Shown: positions 17,824 to 31,500 of the stretch, piece after piece
Layout of the letters: the number at the start of each line of letters is the position of its first letter
Numbering within the stretch: the stretch's first letter is position 1
Assembly (NCBI GenBank): GCA_052426225.1
Contig: JBNJNM010000021.1
Location: forward strand, 1,178,001-1,242,000
Direction of reading: 5' to 3'
Source of the DNA: Zancudomyces culisetae HAW-14-8
Lineage: Eukaryota; Fungi; Kickxellomycota
DNA length: 64,000 bases
Position numbers and translations under genes: made by a program
Notes under the pieces: generated by a model
What the model was told of the DNA's origin: nothing
Databases searched by the model: none
Seen by the model: the letters and a program-made list of their open reading frames with translations, nothing else

Positions 17824-20800
17824 ATGGATTACAAAAAAGTTACCGAGTCTTCATTTGAAAGGCGGTTTGAGATTATAGGATTGCAAAATGATATTACTGT
17901 TAAGGCAATTTCAATAGGAGATACGAGCAAAATAATACCTTTCAAATTAAAAAGCTTGGTTAATGAATGTTTGACTCTTGAATTTAAATTTTCCCCGGCC
18001 GGAATTTACAAGATTCAAGAGCATAACCCCAATTGGGAAATGCTATCTTCGAAAGAAAGGCTTGAATATCTTCAATATGTGCCAGAGCTTGAAAGCGAGA
18101 ATCAAAATAAATTTACGGGATCAAGGGTTGGTGACGTGAATGAGAATCGAATTGACGAGGGACAGAATACGGGGGAATCAGGTGATAGTCCTCTGACTCT
18201 TAATTTTGATGCTAAAAACAAGATTAAAAACAAAATTTCCAGATACAACTTGCTACTAGATCCGAAACCACAGAGATCATTCTTAGAAATGTTTAATGAG
18301 ATTGAAGATATTACTTCACTCACATTAGGAGAATTTGAAGAAAGACAGTTGTTTCTTTTGATAAAGATGAATGAAAAGGTACTTGAAAAAATACCTGGCC
18401 ATATTCTAAAAGAATTTTCAATAACGAATGAAGGCGTTTTCGACAATGGACTTGGGGATAAAATACGGGAGGTGGCCAAGGGTGTGTATTCGGAGAGCAA
18501 CTATGCTGACAAATATTATGATACGAATTTGAGTGATTATCCATCAAAAATATCATTGGCAGCCACTAATCAGGATTTTGGAGCAACAGGCGATAAATCC
18601 AATTTTAATGCACTAGTTGAAAGTTTAATGGTTGTAACTAGTGGCCTTGACACATGTATGCTTACTTTCAAACTTGAGGTTGGAAAAAGAACGTTTATGA
18701 CTGACAACAACACACCACATATTCTTTTCGATAACTGCGTTTTGGGAAATAGATACACAAAGATTGTAAAACTTACCAACAATAGCATTTTCGATCTAGA
18801 GTACTCGGCAAAGTTTGTTGAAACAAGATGTTTTACAGATAACAAAGTGCAGATAAGTAAAATAGAGGATGTTGGAAACAACACAGAGGTTTCTATGTCA
18901 TCAATTCTACGAATCGAGCGAGAAAATGAAAAGAAAAATATTTTATGCCCTGGAGACACAGAACAACTTACCATAGTTTACGAACCGAAGTTTAGTGGGT
19001 CAGTAAAGGCAAGATTGGTACTGGAAGACATAAACGATCGAAATAACCGGGTTGAGTGGAAACTTCGAGCACGAGCAGAAGAGAAGCAAGTTGAACAGCA
19101 CTTGGGTCTTGTGGACGATAAAAAGCTGGATTTTGGAACTGTAACCACTGGAACTTGGGTATATAGGAAACTAAAGTTCAGGAATACAGGGGATCAGCCG
19201 CTAAAAGTAAGATTTTCAGTAGAATGCGAAAACAAGGATATAGATTTCAAGACCTTTAGGGGTGAACCGGGAAAAGAATTTGGTACAACAAATAAGAATA
19301 AGAACAAAACCGATATTTCTGGAGCAGAACCTGAGAAAGGATACGGCGGGTATGAGGGCAGTTTATCCTCTTTTAAAATACGAAATAAAAGCAATTTACA
19401 GACACAAAGTGTGATATCAGTACAAAACTCGATAGTTAGAGGAAGATCAATCAAGGACTCAAAAATAAGTTCAAACCCGGTTTCTGCTGACGTGTCTGAT
19501 GATGAGACTGAACAGGGCATAAAGTCCTTCTTAAATAGATACAGAGGGAACAGCGAGCTGTATAGATATAATAGTGCTTATGAAGGTAGAAGAGATCTTT
19601 GGGGTGAACCGTTAAATTCAAGCAGGATATCTAGTTTTTTGGATTCCATATCGGAACCTGGAGCCAACATTGTACAGGATACTGAAACAAACACTGAAAA
19701 CGCGAGTGTTACCGGAAACCGCTCTTCTATTCAGAATGTTGAGTTTAGACCGGGGAGTCTGCATCCAGAAGATAGCACTGGCCAACTAGAAGGTGGCAAG
19801 GTAATTGAGTTGGCAAGACATGGGGGAAAAAACAAAGGGCAAAAAATAGAGCTCGAAGATATTACGGTCAAACCTGGAGCGATTAAAGAACTGGTGTTAG
19901 GAGCACGAAGGAGGCCCGAAAGAAACAGCACACAGTATGGAGCTGGCCAGCTCCGAACCGATACATTCAGCCTCGAGTGTAGTTATTGGAACAAAAGCGC
20001 AGGGAGTAAGCCAGGAAAGATTTTGGAATTACCTGTACCATGCACAATGAAAAGTTGTACATCGTTTATTAGAGTGATACCATCAATTATTGATACAGGG
20101 CCAATAGAGGTAGGAACAGTGACTAGTGCAAACATTACCATTGAGAATCTTTCGGAAATCGACGCACTATTTCGTTGCCGAGTGGACTCGAAAATAGTGA
20201 ACTGTAACCGAATGTCTATTTCAATTCCGCCAAAAAAACAAGTGATGTTAAGAGTGGATATTTATCCAAGACGAGTCAATCCTAGATATCGGAAACAGAT
20301 TAATATAGTGAATCTATCAAACCGGGATCAGCCAGATCTGTTGGTGAATATCCGCTGCCAGCATGTGGATCCAGCAAGAATGGCATACCACAACTTATTT
20401 TACAAAATATTGCTGATGGGAAAAGAACAAAACTTTATTGACTTTGGGCGTTGCGTCGTAAACTCGCCTGTTGTCAAAGTAGCACATCTGCGAAGTATAT
20501 GCGATGATGACATTGAAATTGAAGTTAGTGCTGAGGATTCTGCAAATATAAACTTGTATTCTGTATGTGGAGATGGAGGCGCAGGACTAGAAATTCCGTG
20601 GATCGATCCAACATCGACGAATAGCCCGCTAACTGTGGGAAAACTTGAAAGTTTTATAGACACCGTTGTAAAAAACCCACGAGCTTATCCAAACAAACAC
20701 GTTTTGGAAATTTCGCAGCGAGTTTGTGAGTTGTTAAAAGTTGCACAATTTCACTGGAGCCGAGAGAAATTTAAACAAAAAACGAGTGAGTATAAGGGAT

Positions 20801-23800
20801 TCCAGGAAAGCCGTACAGTGAGCGGAATCAATATAGCTGGATCTGACCCACGATTTGCAAATGTTGAGAGTGATAGTAAAACTAGTGTTAACACTGGTTT
20901 ACACAGCGGTGGTATGGTCGACAATAAAGGATCTATTACAAGTATAGGAAAAGCTAAAGACAAAGGTGCAGGTGTAGGTGCAGGTGCAGGTGCAGGTGCG
21001 GGCGTGGGCGTAGGTGTAGGTGTAGGTGTAGGTATAACCAGAGGTATGGCTGTGCCAAAAGGAACAGGTTCAGATGTTGGTACTTACACTACCACTGATC
21101 TTGGTATCAACGCTAACTCAATCAGTAAAACCAACGATACTTCCTATATCAATAACATCACCAATTTTAACGGAGTTGATGCGAATATGAGTGGCAGCGG
21201 TATCCGAGAAAGACATGCTTCTATTCACCTTGGCAGACTCAGTGGTAACGCATCCACAGAGGATGATAGTTTTATAACATCAAATCCAAGAGTAAGACTT
21301 AGTGCAGATGCTTTAAATAAATATTTCGAAAAAGGCCAGCCGTCAATAAGTGATAATCATGACTTGAAAGGTGAGAAAGGAAATACTTCAAGAAAATACA
21401 GCAAAGATGATGTGAAAACAGGATTAAAGCTCTCGCTAGACAGACGAAAAAGAGCATCTACACATGATATAGCACGTCTTTGGAAAAACGAGGATGTTGA
21501 AGGCAAAAAAATGACAGATACTGAGAATGGTGATGTAAATGACTTTTATTTAAAAAAACCATCGAGTCCTGCAAGTGGAGAGGCGAGTAGAGACCGAACC
21601 GGCCATAGCTGTTTGATACCATTTAGGGGACAGATAGATGGTTTACAAAAAATTCTGCTTAGAAAAAGGTATATGAACCCATATGCACTAGATTTGGCAT
21701 ATGACACTCGCTTGTTGAATAGCGAGAGTGAGAGGAGTTCCATCTCCCAGGATTATGACCAGTTTTTAGGATTTACCAAAGAAAAGTTGCTTAAAAACTC
21801 AAAACTGAATAACTACGTCAAAGCGCTTGATCTACTTAGAATGGTTGTACAAGGGTTGTATGTGGAAGGCAACGAAATAAGCCCCGAGCTGTATGAGGAT
21901 TTCCGGGCAGGAGACGAGTATGTGCGATACCAGGTTGATCTGCGGCAATACCTCACTATTTTGATTGACTCTGGGTTTTTGGCACCAATTGGCAAAGTCA
22001 AACTTTTGCCACATAGGACACGGCCAGTGGTATTTGTAGTACATTACAAGATTAGTGACCGAGGATCAGCTACGGGTGGCAACAGCGGAAACAGTGGGAG
22101 TGGAGGATATGTTGTTCCCAGCATCAATACCAGCAAGCGATATGATTCCAGTTTGTATTTCAAAATAACCAAATATCCAAGGTTTCCAGATGACAAACCA
22201 TTGCACAGCAACTTGCTTCCTCTATGCCGGTTTTTTATCCATGGAGCAATTATCAACAGTCGATTGGAAATAGTACAAAAGTCGATAAATATTGGAAACA
22301 TGACAATAAATGAGATAGTAAACAAATATATATTTGTGAAAAACCCATGCGAAATACCAATTCTGTATGCAATCAAAAAAACTGGCTCGATGGCTAGTGG
22401 TGACATCAACTTTAAGGATTATCGGTATGGGATAATCCGTAGGTTTGACGAAAAAAGAATCCATTTTGATTTTAAACCAAGATACAGCGGTATTTACAAC
22501 GAGAGCATCAAAGTAGATAATGTGATGAACAGCCAACAGAGCCAGATGGTTGTACTTAAGGCCAATGTCCGCAAACCCACCAACTTTTTAGTATCAGTCG
22601 GTGGAATAACGTATGACAATAATGCTAGTCTTACCATTGACGATACCGACATCAGCACAACGGTAAACTCTAGCACTATGAGTGGTACTAGAGACGAGAG
22701 CGTTAGTGGCGCTACCAGAAAGGATTTATCAACTTCTCCAACAACCTCATCTCCAATCAAACCTCTAACCGAGACATACCCAGGTATAAAGTATGAAATT
22801 GATATCAATACGTTGCGAAACGCTCCCACAAGTGATGTCGGTAGTGGAACGACTACATCGGGTAATTTAGAGAGAGTGGATAACAAGCCACAAAATCCTG
22901 TGGTATATTGTACAAGCACCATTCCGATAAACATTACCAACACTACGAGTGTTTCTAGGACGTTTTACCTCAAACTGCGAACAAACAAACTTTTGGATTC
23001 AAGCAATGTTTTGGGCAATAACGACCTCTTAATAAAAGCCTGCTTTATTCGACCTCACCAGTTCATCAATCCTAAACAGTTGGTTAACATTCAAAAGCTT
23101 CAGTTTAATACTAGTGATAGTTACAAAAGTAACATCTACAATAGCACAGGTATATCTGGTGGTGGCCTAGGCAGTATGGGGTTACCTGGGCAGAATGAAT
23201 ACGAACGACAACAACAACAACAGCAGAAACAACAACAGCAGCAACAACAACAACTCCCCTTATTCAACTATAGTCTCCAGCACCAGCTATCTCAACAAGA
23301 ACCATTGCAACAATCACTGTCTACCATTGGATTTGTGGGTGGTACTGGGATTGATACTCCAGACGGGATGCAGTCAAACCAGCACCAATATTACTACTAT
23401 ACTGAAAAGGAGCTGGAGGCTATAGAAGCACTAACCCAAAAGATACGAATAGCTACCCGAAAGAAACAATTTGACAAAATAGAAAAATACAAGAAAAAGC
23501 TTTCTGTCTTAAATAAAAACACGTACAATCCATTACCAACCGATTCTGCTAATCAGGAGGGAACTGGTGGTGATCAAGGCAACATGAATAAAGAAGAAAT
23601 TACGGAACCATTGGTACTGTCACCAGAGACAAATCAGAGCCAACTTGTTTCTACACCCATGCCTAAATCTATATCTATATCTACACCTGCACATGCACAT
23701 GCACATGCACCCACGTCTGCTTCAACATCCATGTCCGTTCCTGGCTCTGATTTTACTACTTGTTCCACTTCTCCGACCGAAACTGAACAAACCACACCGT

Positions 23801-24370
23801 TGTCGCCATCAGTTTTGTTTTCTCCACTTTCAACACCAAAGACATTGTTATCAAGACAATCCACTATAAATACCATTACAAATACAAATACAAATCTAAA
23901 TACGAATGCAAATGCAAATGCAAATGGTGTGAAAAGTGGAGGTGATGAAAGAAAGCGGACGCTTAATCAAGTTTTTACATATGACTCGAAAAACAACTGC
24001 TTGGTATTCACCATTCTACCCAATTCAACCTTTGTGGCTCTGCTGACAGTATTGTTGATTCCAAATGAATGTGTGGTAGCAGGGACAGTAACATCACCTA
24101 CTACTTTAACACAACAACAACAACAAGAACAACAACAGTCATTATCATCTTTATCATCAACAAAAGTATTGGTTGATCCTGGGATGAGCATCGACACGCT
24201 GATCACCAATTTTGACCTGTTAAAGAACTGTACTTTGGATGCATCTGTTTCCAAGCATAATTACAATAAGACAAAACAGCCACACGATGGTAATAGTAAT
24301 GTAGTTGATGCTACAGATCAGCAACCAGAACAAGAACAGGAACAAGAACAGGAAATAGGGAAAGTGCAGA

Positions 24371-24431
<61 letters not shown>

Positions 24432-24564
24432 CCAAGAGCGAGACCAAGACCAAGACAATACAAAAAATTTGATTCTGAATGCAGAGTTGTTAGTTTATGA
24501 GCAAAAAGATTTACAAGTAGTTAGAAGTGTACCAATTACGTTTTACTCGTCTCCATCTGCCTAG
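17824..24564 (+). CDS. 2246-aa protein with multiple ASH/PapD-like (Hydin/CFAP47-type) Ig-like domains and low-complexity inserts
   Basis: Uninterrupted ORF with repeated [LI]DFG...xxN-[TLP]-[SG] patterns: LFDNCVLG...LTNNS, LDFGTVTTG...FRNTGDQP, IDTGPIEVG...IENLS, IDFGRCVVN, INIGNMTIN...VKNPC. The 5' end may extend via upstream exons. Confidence 0.7.
20964..21033 (+). repeat. Coding hexamer microsatellite (GGTGCA/GGTGTA)n encoding GA/GV repeats
   Basis: Seen directly in the sequence. Confidence 0.9.
24372..24429 (+). repeat. Coding microsatellite (CAGGAG)n encoding a (QE)n repeat
   Basis: About 9-10 perfect units. Confidence 0.95.
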
Positions 24565-25041
24565 TAAAAAACTCAACCTTACTTGGTTGTGGTAAAAATA
24601 AAATAAAATAAAATAAAAAGAGGAAACCTGGTTACAGATGAAAAGTTTACTGCAATGTAAAGATTGGTTTGAGACCATGCATTATACATTACCAACAACA
24701 AATTGTGAAAATATAGGTTCAAAATATATCCAAACCTTGGGTGGGTGGGTGTCAGTGCCAACTTTTTTTTTTTCCATTTCTTTTTTTGGAAGGTTATATC
24801 TATTAATATTTTCTTGGTCACTTGAGGCATTTTGAAACTTGCCACTACTTTTTTGATTTATTTAGTTTTATTCTTATAAGACAAGCGAGGGAAAAAAAAA
24901 ATAAAACAGTAATCTAAGTTTGTATAATAATAATATAAATAAAGAAAAGGGAATCAGTTTGGTATCAAACCCCTCCCCCTCCTCCTCCTGCTCTTCGTCC
25001 TCCTCCTTCTTCCTACATCAGTACAATATAAATAGACGGGC

Positions 25042-28000
25042 TTAGGAAGTACAGTTGTCGTTAAAGACGTCAAAGTCAACTTTCCACTGCGAATCAACGT
25101 TTAGGATCTGCATGCTGGGCCAATAATGTTCATCGAGTTTTAGACTTAAAACTTTAGAGACTCCGAGTTTATTGACAACTGTCATTCGGACATACTCCCC
25201 ACTATCAGAAGATTCCAAAGACGATTGTTCAGGTGGGTTAACATTACCACCAACATTTGTCGTGGAGGTATGTGATTTTTGTCTCATTTTGGCGTTGATG
25301 TTTTTGATAAAGGCGGTTAGATCATCCAAGGTTTTAATACGTTCGCCCTCAAGCTCAGTAATCCATACGCCAGGCTTTAACCCGTAACTATTTGCAGGTG
25401 AACCGAAAAGCGTACAAGTTACATAAACCATGCTTGGAAGTTCTTGTAATTGCTCCTGAACTGCTCTGTATGGCTGTTGTACTATTGCACCAGCCCAGCT
25501 GATGATTCTGGTGGTTTCAAAGGTTGGAAGCTCGGAAGTTGGTACACGCAAGTATATCTCTTCTTGTTCACGAAGAATAGTCAGATCAACATGAGGAAGG
25601 TTATAAAACACAGCCAGGTCAGTTATGTCGGTTACTAGGTTTCCATTGACCTCAAGCACCACATCACCCACATTCAACAGTTTGGATGCGTGGCTTTGAC
25701 GGTTCATAAGCCCAAGCACATAATAGAACTTGCTGTAGTTGTCAACACAGCGGTCGCTCATTTGTTTTAACCGTTCGCCGCTCATTCCCAGTGACCGTGC
25801 GGCAGCAGGTTTTATAGTCCAAAACTCGGCATCTAGCGACCGCAACTCGAGCTTGTGGCCATGTTTCAGCCCCTCAACGACTGGCCGAATAATACTTACA
25901 TCCAGCCCAGCCATAAACGAAGTATTGTTTCCTTTGCTATCTGAATTCGAAACATTAACCCAAAATGACTTGACCAAGCCATTCTCATCGCTAATTACTC
26001 CGCCTTGGCATGATGGTTGGTCGTCCAATTTAATGCCCTCGACATTAGAAACACGCCATCTTGGAGGCGAACTTTCGTTGGTACTCAACATACCCCGTGA
26101 TGATACTAGGGTTCTCCGCACAAACGGATTGTGGTCGCTGCCAACGCCCACCAAAATGGCTTCGTCACCCTGAATCAGTTTTTTGGTTCCATTGTAATAC
26201 TCGGGAGAAAACTTGAGTTCTTCGACATCGGTCTCCCCTAGCAGCTCGGGATTGTACTGGAGCACAGTAAAGTTGTAAACAGGATGTAAAAACACAATTT
26301 TGGCTGTAATGACAAGCGATTGGGCAAAAGTTAGGTAAACATCGCCTGCCGATATAGGCACAGTGTCACGATCACACAGCACCAAACCATGCTTTTTGTC
26401 TATGATATACCCGGGACCATAGTGCTGAGTGTTGACCATCCCATCAACCAAATAAGGAACATAAAAGTCCACCGATACAAAACTAGGCCATAAAAGATTT
26501 GCAGGAGTCAGGTTTGCACCCAGGTTGGGATATTTTACTGTGTTCGACTCAAAGGTTTCGCTAGTAAGAGGCTTGTTCAAATCTTTGTATGACCACAGCC
26601 CAGTATTTGGATCTCTTGTCGCCATTCTAAATGGATGCCACTGACACGTAACATTCATAATCATGATTTTTTCCTTGTGGATCTTGTCAATACTAAAGTA
26701 CTTGATAGGAACTCTTGTTCCTGATGTCAGACTGGATATTGCCTCGGCAAACGCATCCAGGTTTGGTGTTGGTATATGGTTAACGCTCAGAATAATACTG
26801 TCGCGCCACGCACACGCCGAGCCAAGCATGTGCCCACTAGATGCCACGTGTACTCCCCTAACTGGTAACCCATAGCTACGTGCCAGCTGGTAGCTCAGCT
26901 CGTTTACCACGCCACCTCCCACTTCAACAAATCGTGATGGTGTTATCTGATGAAGGTCTTGTACTTTGCACACAACTTTATACGCCTTATGACCTCTCCA
27001 AACTGTCAACTCCACCTTTTTATCCACACTGTCATCCAACACAGAGTTTATCTGATCAAAATTTGTAATCGGGTTATCATTCACAGCCACCACTATATCC
27101 CCTGATGCCAACCTCTTTTCTGCGGGTCCCTCGGGTGTCACGTTTTTAACCACCAACATACCCGTGTCATCAGGGTATCGCTCCCTCATTCCCTTTTCAA
27201 TATCCAGGCTAAGACCCAACCTTCTTAGCTCATCATATGGCAAATGTTCAAACTCTGTCTGGAGTGTTCCACGAGGCACTGCCATCCCCTTCTTAATGAA
27301 TTCAAACGCCCTCACCACTCTTTTAAGTGGTAAATAGTACGAGGACGAGGCTTTACTCGACCCTCCTGCATTGAGTGCCACCGCATCGCCATAAATATCC
27401 AGTACTGGCGATCCGGATGACCCGCCACTCGTTCCTGATGCTGCCTGTATGTAGAACGTGTTGAAATCGTTGTACTCACCAACTCCATAATCTGGTGCGC
27501 TATTTTTATTCGTACATTTCATTTTATTCTTGTTATCTTGATACTTTTTTTAATATTTATTCTCAAATTCACACTATTTTTATTTTATTTTTTTTATTGA
27601 GATTATTAAATAGATATACATCATTCACTTACTTTCTATCCAACCTAGCCAGCGTCCCGGAAAGAATCGATAGCTTTTCACCTGCATCATTTCCAACCAC
27701 TCTGATTTCCATTCCCACTTTAGCTTTACTTGGTGCTAGCTTTATTTCACTCAATTCCATAAACTTCACTTTTTCTGGATCAAACTTGAAAAACCCGAAA
27801 TCATGGATAGGGTCCCTATAAACTGGAAGAAGCTCCACCTCTTCATAGTTGACAAAGACTGCCTGTGAAACTGTCGGTGCAGGGTTTACCACATGTCTGT
27901 TAGATAAAATGATCCCATTCTTAGCATCTATCACAAATCCGGTAGCTGTATAACTTCCGCTCTGCTCAGTGTCAAACGATCTCACACTGTTGCATTTTAT

Positions 28001-28513
28001 CGAAACAATAGACTTAATGGCCCTTTCCAGAGTCGGCTCCCAGCTTGGTAACCCACCAGCGTACTTGTTCTCTGCTTCTACCTCACTAAGCCCCTCCAAC
28101 TCCTTACTTTCAAAGGGTACATCTGTTACTATAGGCTGTTTAAGCGTGTTTGGTAAATAAAACACTGCCATTAAATCATTTTGCGCAAGACTTTTGCGCC
28201 GCATGAATTTATTAGGATCTGATAGTGCTCCCGAGCCTCTTCTACTGGATTTATCTGGTGTCGTTAGCAACGAATCATCACCATCGATTGGTGAAACATC
28301 CATTTCTTGGTCTTCTTTAACATTTGAACCTTCTTCCACATTTGATATCTTTATTTCCAGCTTTACTGGGGTGGCTCCCAACATTTCTTTCGCCTCTTCC
28401 TGCAACTGCGTACTGACATTTTCCGAACTTACATGCTTGAGCTTTACATCCTTTTGTGTCTCTTCGGTTCTCTGGATCTTTTTTTCAACACCTTTGTTAT
28501 CTCCTACCTCCAT
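25042..28513 (-). CDS. NMA111: HtrA-family nuclear serine protease Nma111/Ynm3; 2 exons (28513-27633, 27499-25042)
   Basis: Triad motifs SNRHVV, HDFGFF, SGGSSGSPV; PDZ domains and a second protease-like half. GT-AG intron 27632-27500 restores LARLDRNAPDYG. Start codon uncertain. Confidence 0.93.
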
Positions 28514-31500
28514 CTTTTGCTCTTGTCTTTTTCGCTTCTGCACTTTTATTTTCTTTTTTTTTTAATGGTTGATCTCTCGCACTTCGATTATTCTCTTGCC
28601 TTTCTGATTTTGTTAAAATTATTCTGCCTTTTTTATTTGGTTCGATGTAGGTATTTATCGTATCCGAAACTGTCTATGTTGTTTTTTCTTTTTCTGTTTT
28701 TCCTTTGGAATATTCAAAGTACAGTATAAGAACCACTATTTCCAAGGGGGATGGGGTTAGAATTGAATGAGTGGTATACTGTAAAAATATTAATTTTTAA
28801 CTTCTGGCGCTGTTTTTTCAGCTATTATAAGTTAGTAAATACTAAAACGAAGTATCGCGTGAATATTATACTGATCTGTCGTGCATTAAACATTCACAAA
28901 GACCCTGAATACTTCATTAGCTGACAGCTATATATTCTATACAAATAAGATTTACGCTTTTCGTAATTGTTAATACACTTTCCTTTCTATTTGGTTGTAT
29001 ATTTACTGAAAGTTGAAAGTAAGCAAATTGAACTTTTTTCGATTGTTTTTCCTTTTTTTTTTTGCTTTTCTTTTTTAGAACTGCTTGTTTCTAATTAGTC
29101 ATGGGAAAGACTTTTATTTTTATTTGCTGGGTTTCCACAAACTACTATTTATAACCAAATAAATCATTTAATTTTTGCATTTTTGGTCGAGTTCTATGCA
29201 ATTCGTTTGTTTAGAGCTTAAACATTTTGCCTCCTTTTCGACAATTTGCCAAGATTTGTTTATTACTTCCAACAAGATGATTAGATATACAAGAGAGGAG
29301 GAATAAATATTGGCGTATAATTGCACAAGCCGCGGTCAATTAAATAAATATCCACGCTGCCAACTATTATCAACTGCTGTGATTCCTTTTGATCTGAGAT
29401 AGGATTGCCCCTCCCATCACAACACCAGCAAATGTTTGCTTTCCCTCCCTCCCTCCCCCCACCAATCCTCCAACCAACTGAGCTCAACTCAATCAAAACT
29501 AATACAAACCCAGTGCTTAAACCAAGCCTATATATATAACACTAACATTTGTTTCATAGGCGTTTTTATTACCCGTATCAATCATAAATGCACCCCTAAT
29601 GTTCATTCCATCGCTACACCTTGTCTGACTATGAATCACGACATAAAGGTGTTAGTTTTTTTTTCCAACTGATTAACAGTTATTAGTCCAGGTAATACAA
29701 GTAAATCCTGTTTATGATATATCTGGTATATGTTTAATAGTTTCAAGGCAACAATGACCTTTTGTCTTTAAACGACGTACCCAGTAAATCGGATAATCCA
29801 TCGAAACTGTGATTCGTATGATTCTTGTTGCATGTGTTATTTTATTTTATTTTATTTTACTTTACTTTATTTTATTTTTGTTGAGCTTGATTTTATTATA
29901 GCTAAAGTATTTTAGCTTTTATTTTCTGAATGCAAACATGTATATGTGTAATACACAATGTAATGAGTGTCAATTTGTTCAAAAAAAAATAAGCAATGTG
30001 ATGTTAACTCGGAATAATAAACAGGATGTAACATTGTTTCACCAGCATACCCGAATTTAGAACTGAGAAGAGTTAAATTGTCCACTTTTAAAGAGAAAAT
30101 TGAGAGTATTTCCCATAAGTGTAGGTCACATACACCATAATATATTCTTATATGCAACCATGAAGCAAAAAAAAAGCTACTACCATGAGTATTGGACCCA
30201 GCAGTGGCATTTTTAGTTAATTCGGAACAAAAGGGTCGGAGATCTTCTCTGATTGATGCATTTATTACCCTACACTGTATACTATTTAGCAAACAAACAA
30301 AAGTGCTCTTGACACAAAGTTATGCTATCTATTTTCCATTTATTGCACACAGAATGAATTTCTCCAAGGCAGGGATGCAGGATAGTTTGCACCACTTTAA
30401 ACATGTACAAAATTGAGATAAATTTCAAAATGGTAGTTTTGTGCCTAGCTGTGCCAGGAAGGAGTGTATGAAACCTCCACACCAATGAGTTGGTAACAAT
30501 AGATGTCAATATACTATCTAATATCTTATGAGCTAAGCTAGCAGCTTGGTCTTTACAACATCATAAGGGTACGGGAAATATTTGAATTTGAATTTTATTT
30601 AGCATCATCAACCTTGCAATTTCCATTGTTCCCAGTAAAATCATATTGACTCTTTGTAGTATATGCTCTAGTACATTAAGGATAGCTGATGAAAAGTCAT
30701 AAATCCCCTGGGCTAAAAACACATTCGAATGTGCTGTAATTTTTGGTTGTGATTCATAATGAGTATTTTTATTATTTCAGATCTAGCCCTCAACAAAATA
30801 ATGAGTTATCTGGTCTTGTTATAAACCTTAAATAAACTCTATAAGTCATGTTAATGTGATAACGATTTCGGTTGTTGCGTATTTTCCCATACAGAGTATA
30901 CTATTTGTTGTTTTGTTGTTGCTATTTGTAGATCTTACAGTTCAACCATCACTTGTTCTAGATTGAGAATAAGCGTATCACTGTTGAACAGCGCCGATAG
31001 TTCTAAAACGTTTAAATCTCAGCATTATTTGTAATCTATGCAAGAATTGGCGATATTTGCTATTCGATTCAATCTGTCGGAATATTAGTGTTCTCAGGCC
31101 AGCCAACACCGTACCTTTCTTTTGACCAATTTACATATTGCAAAAAAAAAAAATCTCCCAATAAGGATTTCATCCCACAGATTATTTTTCTCTGCGGCTT
31201 TAGATCCGTGTCAAAAAAGAATAGGATACATGTTCTTATCTCGCCAAACAGATTGGACCCTGAAAATAATTGGTCTATTTGGCAGTATTTAACAAGGTAA
31301 AAATCCAGCATATCAGGTGTATTGCCGCTAGACTCTTGTACTACCAAGTTAGCATGTGTTGGAAATAGTGCCTATAAACGGCTTTTGGTGTAAAGCGGAA
31401 TCGTAGCATACACTTATTCTTTTTTCATGTTTCATGTTTCAACTCTTTTTTTTTAGTTGAGAATCTACACAATGATGTGATTTCCATCGTATTTCTGGTA

